Made by a program: the position numbers and the translations under genes | In this document: positions 38,423 to 47,026 of the stretch, in pieces | Layout: the number at the start of each line of letters is the position of its first letter | Numbering within the stretch: position 1 is the stretch's first letter | Assembly (NCBI GenBank): GCA_964593375.1 | Contig: CAZQIF010000001.1 | Location: 98,185-162,184 of the forward strand | Length of the DNA stretch: 64,000 nucleotides | Source of the DNA: an uncultured Candidatus Saccharibacteria bacterium | GTDB lineage: Bacteria; Patescibacteriota; Minisyncoccia; Phycocordibacterales; UBA918 | Reading direction: 5' to 3' | The notes under the pieces: generated by a model | What the model was told of the DNA's origin: nothing | Seen by the model: the letters and a program-made list of their open reading frames with translations, nothing else | The model's database searches: none

Positions 38423-38459
38423 GACCCGAGGCGCATCGCGCTTCGGGTCTTTCTTTTTC
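38423..38459 (+). terminator. Intrinsic terminator gacccgaggcgc..gcgcttcgggtc followed by a T run
   Basis: Read directly. Confidence 0.65.
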
Positions 38460-38531
38460 CTTGACATTAAAATGAATTTGTTTGATTATAGTCGTTGGCA
38501 ATTTGTGACGTAGTTCATTAGGAGAAGTACG

Positions 38532-38858
38532 ATGGCAAGGACGAAACCGTATGATGGGCATTTCAGAATTAAGCACAATGAGATGCCTGGAATAGACACA
38601 ATCGGAGCACGAATCGATGATTGCCTCACTCCGAAAGGAACCTTCGACAAGCTTTACTCCGCAATTGATGCTGTACTAGATCCTGAGGATTTTTTCGAGA
38701 TTGCATACACGAGAAGCAGAGCTCTTGTTCTTTGGTGCCGAATCAAAAATCAATCGCCCGAGAACCTAAAAAAGAAGACGGCAACTATTCGGCGGGCGAT
38801 GGCGAGGGTTGGTTTCAAGATGAGCCCCTTCGTTTCAATCTTGGGCTCGAAGCACTAA
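38532..38858 (+). CDS. Hypothetical protein (108 aa)
   Basis: RBS aggaga precedes the ORF. It is followed by the hairpin cgggcggttc..gaaccgcccg. Confidence 0.4.
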   Translation: MARTKPYDGHFRIKHNEMPGIDTIGARIDDCLTPKGTFDKLYSAIDAVLDPEDFFEIAYTRSRALVLWCRIKNQSPENLKKKTATIRRAMARVGFKMSPFVSILGSKH

Positions 38859-38879
38859 ACAGGGAGAACAATTTTCAAA

Positions 38880-38910
38880 CGGGCGGTTCCAAGCAACTTG
38901 GAACCGCCCG
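38880..38910. repeat. Hairpin repeat cgggcggttccaagcaacttggaaccgcccg, copy 1 of 2
   Basis: A perfect 11-bp stem. The same stem recurs at 39370-39400. Confidence 0.7.
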
Positions 38911-38986
38911 TAATTTGTCAGATTGACAAATTGCACCATTTGCTCAATAATCCATGCCAGTACTCTCACCAACAAAGGAGCTTCTC

Positions 38987-39355
38987 ATGAAGAAAAACCC
39001 ACTGAGTAAAGGTGTGTTCTTGATAAAGGGCAGTGACGTAGGTAGCTTTCAACAACCAAAGCGTCGCTACGGCAACAAGTCATCGTTAATCACTGACATC
39101 AACACGGAAAATGAAAGTGCGCTTACTTCACTGGGAATCGGTGAACCCGTTTCAGTAATCATCGCGAACAATTTGGAAGCAAAGTTGCACTTAGATTTTG
39201 AACTATGGGGACTGGCACTTCATGTTCATGTCGAGTCAATTCAAGACTTACAAAAGTTCATCAATGTTCACTCACAGCTGGAGAGCGCCTTCTTGAAAAG
39301 TGGCTTCCGGATGGACACTCCCTTTTGCCTCTTCAGTCGGCCAGCAAAGAAGTAG
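38987..39355 (+). CDS. Hypothetical protein (122 aa)
   Basis: RBS aaaggag precedes the ORF. A hairpin and T run follow. The ORF is open from 38954. Confidence 0.4.
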   Translation: MKKNPLSKGVFLIKGSDVGSFQQPKRRYGNKSSLITDINTENESALTSLGIGEPVSVIIANNLEAKLHLDFELWGLALHVHVESIQDLQKFINVHSQLESAFLKSGFRMDTPFCLFSRPAKK

Positions 39356-39369
39356 TTCTACAGACGCAA

Positions 39370-39422
39370 CGGGCGGTTCGGAGTTTCTCTGAACCGCCCG
39401 TGTTTTATTTAGGGGTCCGACC
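39370..39422. repeat. Composite element: hairpin cgggcggttcggagtttctctgaaccgcccg plus T run, followed by a half copy of the atttaggggtccgacc repeat
   Basis: Read directly. It lies between the convergent hypothetical gene and truB. Confidence 0.65.
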
Positions 39423-39423
39423 A

Positions 39424-40095
39424 CTACATAGGGTCTTCTAATGATTGTGCGTCTTCAATTTTGAACTCCCCTACTTTTGTACGTCTCAGATTTTGAAGTG
39501 TTGCTGGGTAGCCGAGTCGTCGTCCAATTTCTTCACCGAGCGAGCGTATGTACGTACCACTTCCCACATTGAACTTTACAGTTAGTACCGCACGATTATT
39601 TTCATACGTAGTATTCAAAAGTTCAATTGCGGTCACTTCCATAGCACGCACCGGTAAGTCGGTTACTTCCTCGCCTGTTTTCTCTGCTTTGCGTGCTCGC
39701 TTATACATCGGCACTCCATCTTTTTTGATTGCTGAGTATGCTGAAACTTCGAGTTCAATCACTCCAACCATGCTCATGAGTACTTCAGAAACTTTTTCTG
39801 ATGGTAGTTCGGGAACGTCACAACTTTCAAGAATTTCACCCTCCATATCTCCAGTACTCCGTTGTTCCCCGATTAGAACTTCTGCAACATACTCTTTTGA
39901 AAGTTTGATGTAGTCGCTCAGTTTTTTTGTCCCCTGCCCCACACCAATAATCATGAGTCCGCTTGCAAGCGGGTCGAGTGTGCCAGCATGCCCCATCTTG
40001 CGAATGCCCAGCTTCCTCCTTAGCCTACGAATCACATCAAAAGACGTTATTCCTTTTGGTTTATCGATAATAAGTATGTCAGAGGCTGTTTCCAT
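39424..40095 (-). CDS. truB: tRNA pseudouridine(55) synthase TruB
   Basis: HAGTLDPLASGL, with the catalytic Asp, is present. Confidence 0.9.
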   Translation of the reverse strand: METASDILIIDKPKGITSFDVIRRLRRKLGIRKMGHAGTLDPLASGLMIIGVGQGTKKLSDYIKLSKEYVAEVLIGEQRSTGDMEGEILESCDVPELPSEKVSEVLMSMVGVIELEVSAYSAIKKDGVPMYKRARKAEKTGEEVTDLPVRAMEVTAIELLNTTYENNRAVLTVKFNVGSGTYIRSLGEEIGRRLGYPATLQNLRRTKVGEFKIEDAQSLEDPM

Positions 40096-40126
40096 GAGCG
40101 CATACTACCAAACTTTGCATTCTTTG

Positions 40127-41362
40127 CTACAACACTAGTAAATCTGGATTGAGAACAAGTAATGTTCCTAAAACAAGCATTAGGATTCCCCCCACAAGAA
40201 GCGACATTTGCGCGTACTTGTGTCCGTGCGCTTCAAGTTTTGAAAAGCCCCATATTGCGAGACCAAAGACAATGAAATCGTCGACCATATATCCAACCGA
40301 GTATACGATGAGGTAAAACTGTCGTGTTATAAAGTCGAGCTGATTGAGTTCGAGAATTTTGGTGTATGCCTGCGGAATACCGATAGAGCAAGCAAATTCG
40401 ATAACATTGACTGAGAACGCGAGTGCGATGATGCCAAAAATAGTGAGAATGGTTGTCGGGCGACTGATAAGGTCTTTGATGCGCGCCGTTGTCTTCCCTT
40501 GTGACTCAATATCACTTATGTCACACGTGAGTGCTTTGTTTCGATTTTTGCGATAGCGATACAAGAAGAAAATACCCCCTCCTACCGCAAGAAGTCCCAC
40601 GAGTGGTGTGACAATCGCGTCAAGACCTACAAAGTCCCATGCGGTAAACCACACATTGAGGATGAGGTTGTACATGATGGCTTCTGCAACCACAAAGATA
40701 CTCGCGACCATGACCATCTTTTTCCTGTCACCAATCTGCGAAAGAAGCACAAGGAAGGTGATGAGTACCCACATCGCACATGGATTAAAACCATCAATCG
40801 TTCCCAAAATTGCAGAGAGTGAAAAGAGTGAGAGTGTCTTTAAATCAACAACGCCGAGAAGTGGCAAGTTGAAGACGAACTGATTTGGATTCGTAATCGA
40901 ATCACAGGAAGTACCGTTTTCGTCGCACCCGGTGCCAACAAAACTATCTGATTGCTTCGGTGCTCGCGCGAGGTGGTCTTCGATGGTTTTAATGTCTGAT
41001 GAGCGTGCACGCAGAACCATTTCTTTAATGCGGACTCCAGTCGTATCCCCAGTACTAAAACCCTGAATCACTTCCCCACCTATAACGGTAAGCGGTGTGA
41101 CGTGCGAAAGCTCGTGCTTATTTAAAAGTGCCTCAAATGCTACTTTTGCTTCCTCATCATCAATTACATTCAGATATTCGTAGCTCACACTGGAATCATT
41201 AGCGCCATACGTATCCAAAAAAATCTTTTCGTCAGCACAATGGGTGCATTTGTCGCGTCCAAAAAGAAAGACGGTCACTGGTGCACTCGGCGCTTGTGCA
41301 AAGGTCGTGTAGCTAAATAGACTAACGAAAATAAAGCACAATATAATGAATAGGCGTGTCAT
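40127..41362 (-). CDS. Thiol-disulfide oxidoreductase-like membrane protein. It has a signal peptide and an N-terminal thioredoxin/glutaredoxin-like CxxC domain fused to a CcdA/DsbD-like polytopic domain with TM cysteines.
   Basis: The CTHC motif, and NPCAMW and EFACSIG in TM helices. The assignment is tentative. Confidence 0.5.
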   Translation of the reverse strand: MTRLFIILCFIFVSLFSYTTFAQAPSAPVTVFLFGRDKCTHCADEKIFLDTYGANDSSVSYEYLNVIDDEEAKVAFEALLNKHELSHVTPLTVIGGEVIQGFSTGDTTGVRIKEMVLRARSSDIKTIEDHLARAPKQSDSFVGTGCDENGTSCDSITNPNQFVFNLPLLGVVDLKTLSLFSLSAILGTIDGFNPCAMWVLITFLVLLSQIGDRKKMVMVASIFVVAEAIMYNLILNVWFTAWDFVGLDAIVTPLVGLLAVGGGIFFLYRYRKNRNKALTCDISDIESQGKTTARIKDLISRPTTILTIFGIIALAFSVNVIEFACSIGIPQAYTKILELNQLDFITRQFYLIVYSVGYMVDDFIVFGLAIWGFSKLEAHGHKYAQMSLLVGGILMLVLGTLLVLNPDLLVL

Positions 41363-41371
41363 ATTTTGCTA

Positions 41372-41821
41372 TCATACCACACCTGAAATACCCGCGGGTA
41401 CTTGGTGTATGTAGTTCGAAGAAATGGCACGGAGTGCACTTTTAAGCTCATAGTGGTCAGGAATCGTGCGCGCGACGTGCTCCCAAAATGTGCTCGAATG
41501 GTTGAATTCAATGAGGTGACAGAGTTCATGGACAATAATGTAGTCGATGAGCGCTTCGGGCAGAAACACAATACGGTAATTAAAATTGAGGTTCTGCTTA
41601 CTCGAACAACTCCCCCACCGAGAGCGAAGGTTCTTAATTGCCACACGATTGTACGTGCAGTTGTAGTACTGATTCCAGTGTGCAAGTTTTTCATGCACGA
41701 GTGCACGCGCATGCTCTTTATGCTCCTCGTAGTGGCGTATGGATGCACGTGAACGCCGCGCCCCTTTTGGGGCGCGGCGTCTCCTTCTCGTTCGTATGCG
41801 TATTCCCGGAATAAACCACAT
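41372..41821 (-). CDS. DUF45/YgjP-family metal-dependent hydrolase
   Basis: IIVHELCHLIEFNHSSTFWE matches HExxH...HS..FW. Confidence 0.7.
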   Translation of the reverse strand: MWFIPGIRIRTRRRRRAPKGARRSRASIRHYEEHKEHARALVHEKLAHWNQYYNCTYNRVAIKNLRSRWGSCSSKQNLNFNYRIVFLPEALIDYIIVHELCHLIEFNHSSTFWEHVARTIPDHYELKSALRAISSNYIHQVPAGISGVV

Positions 41822-41823
41822 GG

Positions 41824-43518
41824 TTACTTGAGCGTATAAAAGATTCTTCCGAGTCGAATAATGTCGTAGTCATAGCGCTCATCGAGCGCCTCATACACCG
41901 GCTTCAGCTTTTCGGTACCCTCTGCCCTAAATGCTTCACTGAGCTCACCATAGATATGATTCCACGATGCGCTGTCCGGAATAAGTGCATCAAGGTGTGA
42001 GCGCAAGAGAACTCCCTCTTCGGCAAGCTTTTCGATATGTACCCAAATGGTAGACGGTGCCATATTGCGCACTTTTGCAATTTCATTTACTGAGTGCTGT
42101 TTGAGTACAAGTTCTTTCGTTGCCTCTAAAGTACTCTCCTTTTTCATCCGCTCTCCTGGTGTCTTTTTCGCTTTTCCCTCACTTGGTTCGACATCCCATT
42201 TTCCACCCGATGCGTTCACGAAGTTCTTTTGCATCGTCTCTATTTCTCCGTCATCCATTTCATTAAACGCAAATTCACCGTCATCTGATTCTTCTCTAAA
42301 ACGTGCGTCACGAAGCACCACGCGCGGATCAACGAGGAGTGCTTGGGAATTAATACCAAGAATCTTCATACCCATAAGCGAACGCACGCGAGAGAGCGCA
42401 ACATAGCCCTGCCCGTACGTAAAAGCGTTTCGCAGGTCAATTTCAGCAGCATCAAGCGACATTCCTTGGCTCTTATGCACGGTAATCGCCCATGCAAGAC
42501 GGAGTGGCACTTGCGTTACCTCTGCAAGCACCTTCCCATCCTCATTCATAACACTCCATGAAGAAGGCTCAATCTTCAACGTTCGTCCATCACTTGTTTC
42601 AATGATTGGAAATCCATCTTCCCTATCAAAATCAGTGACACGTCCCAAGGTGCCATTCACATACCCCACCTCAAAATTATTTTTTGTGCACATGACCATC
42701 GCCTCACGCCGTAGTTCTAAAATTTCTGGAGAGAGACAACTCTTCACGAGACCGACGAGCAGTTGTTTATTACCATGCGCTTCCATCTTATATGTTGCAC
42801 CCTCAGTGTTAAGTTCGCCAAGTCTCGTGAGGTTGACTGAATCGACATCGCTATTGTGGGTAAAGAGTCGTGTTGGTTCAATATCAGGAAATCCAATGTC
42901 CGTTTGTTCTGAAAGAAGTGTGTAGTGCGATTCCTCGACATCATTACGGCGAATTGATGCAAGAAGTCCAAGAAGCAATTCGTCTTCTTGTCGATGTTGT
43001 TCGGTAAGGTAGCAGGTGAGAAATTTCGCCCCTTCCCATGAACGTGACTCAAAGGCAAAGCGAGGCATCTCTCCCCTTCCTGCAATTGGAGGAAGTTGAA
43101 AAAAATCACCAACTAAAATCACTTGGAGTCCACCGAATGAATCACCGTTTCGACGAATTGTTCGACAGACTGCTTCCACCATATCGAGCACCCGTCCGTC
43201 TAACATTGAAATTTCATCGATGACAAGCACCTTTGCTTTTTGAATGCGCTTAACTGTTTTTTCTTTTCCGGCAATAAAATCCAAATCGTACTGTGTGAGC
43301 GTATCGCGAATGCCAATGCCACTCCATGTGTGAATCGTCATGCCCCCAATATGGGTTGCGGCGATTCCGGTTGATGCGGTCACTGCGACAGAAATGCCAT
43401 GAGCTTCGAGCCATTCAATGTATTCATTAAGTACATATGTTTTTCCTGACCCTGGTTCTCCCGTGAGAAACACATTCGCACCGGTCTTTAAAATCTCCAG
43501 AGCCTGTTTTTGAATCAT
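41824..43518 (-). CDS. PIF1-like (RecD/Pif1 family) ATP-dependent DNA helicase with a C-terminal HTH-like domain
   Basis: Walker A TGEPGSGKT, the Pif1 signature GDFFQLPPI and TVHKSQG are present. An alternative GTG start lies at 43551. Confidence 0.8.
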   Translation of the reverse strand: MIQKQALEILKTGANVFLTGEPGSGKTYVLNEYIEWLEAHGISVAVTASTGIAATHIGGMTIHTWSGIGIRDTLTQYDLDFIAGKEKTVKRIQKAKVLVIDEISMLDGRVLDMVEAVCRTIRRNGDSFGGLQVILVGDFFQLPPIAGRGEMPRFAFESRSWEGAKFLTCYLTEQHRQEDELLLGLLASIRRNDVEESHYTLLSEQTDIGFPDIEPTRLFTHNSDVDSVNLTRLGELNTEGATYKMEAHGNKQLLVGLVKSCLSPEILELRREAMVMCTKNNFEVGYVNGTLGRVTDFDREDGFPIIETSDGRTLKIEPSSWSVMNEDGKVLAEVTQVPLRLAWAITVHKSQGMSLDAAEIDLRNAFTYGQGYVALSRVRSLMGMKILGINSQALLVDPRVVLRDARFREESDDGEFAFNEMDDGEIETMQKNFVNASGGKWDVEPSEGKAKKTPGERMKKESTLEATKELVLKQHSVNEIAKVRNMAPSTIWVHIEKLAEEGVLLRSHLDALIPDSASWNHIYGELSEAFRAEGTEKLKPVYEALDERYDYDIIRLGRIFYTLK

Positions 43519-43587
43519 GTCGACTATTATACAAAAGTAACGGCCACTCACCTAGGTGAGTGGCCGAGTAGCAATGTGGGATTCTTT

Positions 43588-44103
43588 CTAGAGACGGTTC
43601 CAAAACCAAGTTCGCTCCATCGGGAATCCATCAATGAAAATGTTCAGAGCCATGATACACATGAGGAGATAGAACACCACAAACGCGACGACCAGAATAT
43701 GGTGCCGAGCCGGGTTTTCGAGACCCGAATATGTATTCCGGAGTAATCCGTACATCGTGACAAGCCCCACCGCAAGAGTGTTAAACATAATGAACTGTGG
43801 GTCGTCTAAGATCACATTCGTTCTCCAGATGGCTGAATCGAGTCCAACAACTCCAAGAAGGGCCATCGCCATCAAAATGCTCGAAAGTCCTTTGTGATTA
43901 TCGACAGCGTCGATCTCAGAGTGTCTCATCGCCCGTTGCAGTCGGTGCGCCGCCCTCCCTGAGGTCATCATGTAGACAAAGTACATGAATCCCATACCAA
44001 GAGATAAAACGCTTAACGTTGCACCATTTATCGGAGTACTGACGACAATGCACAGCACCAACACTGCCCAAATACTGATTCCGACAAGTCGCGAAAATGA
44101 AGC
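43588..44103 (-). CDS. Hypothetical 4-5 TM membrane protein
   Basis: The ORF is open to 44205. The start is taken at MASFSRL. Confidence 0.35.
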   Translation of the reverse strand, partial: ASFSRLVGISIWAVLVLCIVVSTPINGATLSVLSLGMGFMYFVYMMTSGRAAHRLQRAMRHSEIDAVDNHKGLSSILMAMALLGVVGLDSAIWRTNVILDDPQFIMFNTLAVGLVTMYGLLRNTYSGLENPARHHILVVAFVVFYLLMCIMALNIFIDGFPMERTWFWNRL

Positions 44104-44355
44104 CATGAGTCTCTCCTCGAGTGAATAAGAGCAAAACTTACCAACCGGCATAGTACCACAAAATCTTAGTACTTCCAGACGAACGTACCCCGTGGACTTT
44201 ATCAAACGACATATTTCTGGTATAACTATGGCCGGAAATTAAGAAGCGCAAGCAACTATAATTTCCGAGCCCGTCGGTTCATGTGTCCCAGAGAGACACC
44301 TTGAACAGACGCCAGAGGCAAACGCTCAGTACAGAACAAACGTAGATACACATTC

Positions 44356-44545
44356 GGCCTCATCGTCTGACGCTGAAATTTGTATGATGCGAATGCATCA
44401 TAACAAGCAAACTGCTTTGCTTGTGTACAAATTTCAGAATCGGAGCATGTCGCTCTGCGACAGCGAGATGGGGTCGCGGAATTTCGCAAGAAATATCCGA
44501 GACTAGGACAGCTGGTCTTGTAAACATCCAGCAAATCGGTTCAGT
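44356..44545 (+). pseudogene. Pseudo-tRNA-Glu. The 5' acceptor/D fragment GGCCTCATCGTCTGACG lies at 44356-44372, followed by a 131-nt insert. A D/anticodon-arm fragment with an enlarged loop lies at 44503-44544. The T arm and 3' acceptor are missing.
   Basis: Direct alignment to the intact tRNA-Glu immediately downstream. Confidence 0.6.
44373..44437 (+). repeat. 65-nt cloverleaf-like structured insert: a 12-bp closing stem ctgaaatttgta/tacaaatttcag enclosing the two hairpins tgatgc-gaat-gcatca and acaagcaaa-ctgc-tttgcttgt
   Basis: Read directly. It lies inside the pseudo-tRNA. Confidence 0.55.
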
Positions 44546-44557
44546 ACAATTACAGAC

Positions 44558-44629
44558 GGCCTCATCGTCTAACGGTTAGGACAGCTGGTTCTCATCCAGC
44601 AAATCGGGGTTCGATTCCCCGTGAGGTCA
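44558..44629 (+). tRNA. tRNA-Glu (anticodon CTC)
   Basis: A manually folded cloverleaf. The acceptor is GGCCTCA/TGAGGTC, the D arm GTCTAACGGTTAGGAC, the anticodon stem GCTGG/CCAGC with loop TTCTCAT, and the T arm CGGGGTTCGATTCCCCG. Total length is 72 nt and CCA is not encoded. Confidence 0.85.
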
Positions 44630-44644
44630 TGTTACAAAAGCGAG

Positions 44645-44667
44645 CACGTATTAACGTGCCGTTTTTG
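44645..44667 (+). terminator. Intrinsic terminator gcacgtattaacgtgc followed by cgttttt, after the tRNA
   Basis: A perfect 6-bp stem followed by a T run. Confidence 0.6.
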
Positions 44668-44683
44668 TTAATGACCTCACGGG
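44654..44683. repeat. 30-bp direct repeat acgtgccgtttttgttaatgacctcacggg, copy 1. It contains the reverse-complemented tRNA-Glu 3' end. Copy 2 lies at 45692-45720.
   Basis: Direct comparison gives 26 of 29 identical positions. Confidence 0.65.
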
Positions 44684-44834
44684 CAAGAGTGTATAGACAC
44701 TCTTGCAGGGGAATCGAACCACCGGAACGATGTTACATCGTCACGAGTGAGGTGTGTCCCGCGGCACTTAATATTTTGTAAGTGAAGCGCAACAAAATAT
44801 TTAGTGACCGTCAGGATCATTCCCCATGAGGTCA
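44671..44834. pseudogene. Further tRNA-Glu-derived fragments. One is minus-oriented with a T-arm/acceptor-like sequence interrupted by the 22-nt hairpin caagagtgtatagacactcttg. A plus-oriented 3' fragment gatcattccccatgaggtcac lies at 44814-44834.
   Basis: Similarity to the tRNA-Glu T arm and 3' end. No intact cloverleaf could be folded. Confidence 0.45.
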
Positions 44835-44988
44835 CAAATCACCATCAGCAACACGGAGGCCCGGCCTCCGTGTTAACCACTGCAAACCAAACTGATTTAA
44901 ATTCGCCATACTTCTGTTTTTGTGTTATAAATTTAATAGTCTTTGTTATTTGTAAGCCAAACACATAGAGAAAGAAAGGCATTCCAAC

Positions 44989-45552
44989 ATGACCCTAACG
45001 CTCGAAGAGCCCGGAGTTAATACTTGGGGATTGAAATCGTATATGCCCAAGGGTAATTTGTTTTTCCCATATGTCATCACTCGTCCCTTGGTGGCGTGGG
45101 ACATGCTACCCCTGATGCTCTTTCAGAAGTATCTTTCGGAAGAAACGGTTAGACAACGTTTCCACTACAACAAGAAGCTCGACCAACGGATACGCTGGGA
45201 TCGCCTGATGGATGCGTGCACTATCGATTACCAGAACGATATCGCCTTCGTCGCCACCAGTCTCATTGGTTCGATTCTTGGACTTGTGCAACTATATCGC
45301 GACAAGCCAAAGTCTGAATCAGCTGAAATCGCATTCGTGGTACGAGATGATCTTCAGAAGAATGGCCTGGGGCGTACGCTCACGCGTCGCACCCTTGAGG
45401 CTGCGCGGCTCCGTGGCATAACAGCAGTACATGGTGTCACCGAGCCCGAAAACACCCCGATGATTCGCGCATTTCTTTCGTGGGGATTCACCATCAAACG
45501 AGTCGACGGTGAGGTTGAGGCAACGCTCGTGCTTCCGCCAATCCAAAGCTGA
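44989..45552 (+). CDS. GNAT family N-acetyltransferase
   Basis: The acetyl-CoA-binding motif LQKNGLGRTL (Q/RxxGxG/A) is present. Confidence 0.8.
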   Translation: MTLTLEEPGVNTWGLKSYMPKGNLFFPYVITRPLVAWDMLPLMLFQKYLSEETVRQRFHYNKKLDQRIRWDRLMDACTIDYQNDIAFVATSLIGSILGLVQLYRDKPKSESAEIAFVVRDDLQKNGLGRTLTRRTLEAARLRGITAVHGVTEPENTPMIRAFLSWGFTIKRVDGEVEATLVLPPIQS

Positions 45553-45691
45553 TGTTGAACAAAAGCACCCCTTCATCCGTTACGTCGCGCCAAGCACGTA
45601 ACGGATTTTCTTTATTCAAGGCAAATACCCTCCCATGATTCATTTAGTCACCTCACATTTACAGAGATTCTGCCCTCGGGAACATACATGT

Positions 45692-45720
45692 GTGTGCCGT
45701 TCTTGTTAATGGTCTCACGG
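45692..45720. repeat. Direct repeat copy 2, gtgtgccgttcttgttaatggtctcacgg
   Basis: See 44654-44683. The two copies bracket the GNAT gene. Confidence 0.65.
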
Positions 45721-45830
45721 TTTTAATCGTGACTTGCGCACATTTCTAAAGAAGATTGTCTTCACCCTTCACAAAAAACCGACTTTCCTCTATTATCAAC
45801 TCCGAGTTTACAAACCAATGGAGGTATTCC

Positions 45831-46187
45831 ATGGAAAAAGTTCCTTTAGTACAGTACGGTGGAGTTATTCAGACTCTGCTTGCTGAAATCATGAACAAAC
45901 GACGTGGAGCAATGAAAGGATCACAGGAGCAATATAGCGATATTCCACCTCGAGATTTTTTCGCCTACATTGCAAAGCACCCACTCCCCGAAGTCGAGTA
46001 TTTTGACAGATGGATGGCCGAGAAAGTGAACGAGATCATCCGCTTCATCAACAAAACTGATGATGCGCTGAATCTCAAGCGTGCAATCAACTACGTACTC
46101 AAACAAAGCGGAAACAATGGGCACTGCCCGTTTGCGGGAGACAACTATAGTCCCGACCGCCTCGAGATTGATGACAGAGATGAATAA
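45831..46187 (+). CDS. Hypothetical protein (118 aa)
   Basis: RBS ggagg precedes the ORF and a strong terminator follows at 46215-46275. The ORF is open from 45756. Confidence 0.4.
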   Translation: MEKVPLVQYGGVIQTLLAEIMNKRRGAMKGSQEQYSDIPPRDFFAYIAKHPLPEVEYFDRWMAEKVNEIIRFINKTDDALNLKRAINYVLKQSGNNGHCPFAGDNYSPDRLEIDDRDE

Positions 46188-46279
46188 AACAACCTACGGA
46201 GAGAGCACACAGGACTCCAGCTCCCGCTTATGAAGACAAAGACTGTCTTCATAAGCGGGGGCTGTTTTATTTTTGATAC

Positions 46280-46380
46280 TAATCCAACTTAATACACTGC
46301 ACGGGGCAGGCCTCAGTAGCGTCTTTGTTGGCTTCGAAATTGGCTTCGTCGATTGGTGCGACGACCACGCGATTATTTTT
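46280..46380 (-). pseudogene. Ferredoxin 3'-end remnant encoding ...KNNRVVVAPIDEANFEANKDATEACPVQCIKLD*. It is the displaced copy of the fdx C-terminus.
   Basis: It is about 85% identical to 47018-47118. The first 37 nt, which include the stop codon, are identical. Confidence 0.6.
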
Positions 46381-46609
46381 TGGTACGCTTGAGAAAATTG
46401 AGATATACAACCCTATCGATACCGAGTGTACGAAGATTATTAAGTACAATCATTTGTGGTAACTGTGAGTCTCTTGGGATTACAATTGGTCTGTTTATTC
46501 CCACTTTCCAATAGATGCGGTGGTCTCCCTTTTCCCTTTTAAACTCACAACCCTGACTCAAAAGAAACTTTTCGAATTCTTTCCAATGTATTGCGCCTAT
46601 TTTTGGCAT
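46373..46609 (-). CDS. hicA: HicA-family type II toxin (mRNA interferase)
   Basis: KEFEKFLLSQGCEFKREKGDHRIYW...VIPRDSQLPQ..VLNNLRTLGI matches the HicA/YcfA pattern. Confidence 0.7.
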   Translation of the reverse strand: MPKIGAIHWKEFEKFLLSQGCEFKREKGDHRIYWKVGINRPIVIPRDSQLPQMIVLNNLRTLGIDRVVYLNFLKRTKK

Positions 46610-46621
46610 GCGGAGGAAATG

Positions 46622-46903
46622 TTAGGCAAAAGTAGGTACCTTAACACTAAAATCTTTCGTCGTAATAGTTGGTGGAGTCCATTGTTTTAGAACTTTCTTC
46701 CACCCAAGTTCAGAAAGTACTTCGTCGGTAGTGCCGGCATTATGCAGTTCTTCAAAAAAAATACCCACAAGTTCATTGAAGCGTGCTTTCACCTCCTTAT
46801 CTGATTTACCTGAAGTTGCGATATCAAGAGCAGGCGCATACGCAACAAAGCGACGGCCTTGCTTAGAAATATTGACTTTAAGTTGCAGAGAATTTGGAAT
46901 CAT
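46622..46903 (-). CDS. hicB: HicB-family antitoxin
   Basis: RFVAYAPALDIATSGKSDKEVKARFNELV is a UPF0150/HicB-like N-terminal domain. The gene lies upstream of hicA in the same operon. Confidence 0.6.
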   Translation of the reverse strand: MIPNSLQLKVNISKQGRRFVAYAPALDIATSGKSDKEVKARFNELVGIFFEELHNAGTTDEVLSELGWKKVLKQWTPPTITTKDFSVKVPTFA

Positions 46904-47026
46904 ATACTTACAGGTTACACCACCACAAAAACTCGGTCAATCATCGATAATTTCATGTACGTTTGCCAAGATTTTGTTACGGCAATTCTATAGTTTATAC
47001 ATAGGTCCGGCCTTCGTAATTGTACG

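Noticed and set aside
44671-44770. A second, minus-strand tRNA gene adjacent to tRNA-Glu
   Set aside because: The reverse complement has a T-loop-like TTCGATT and a matching 3' acceptor strand. However, the T stem does not pair, no canonical D arm or anticodon arm can be folded, and the 5' acceptor mismatches. I scored it as a degraded fragment.
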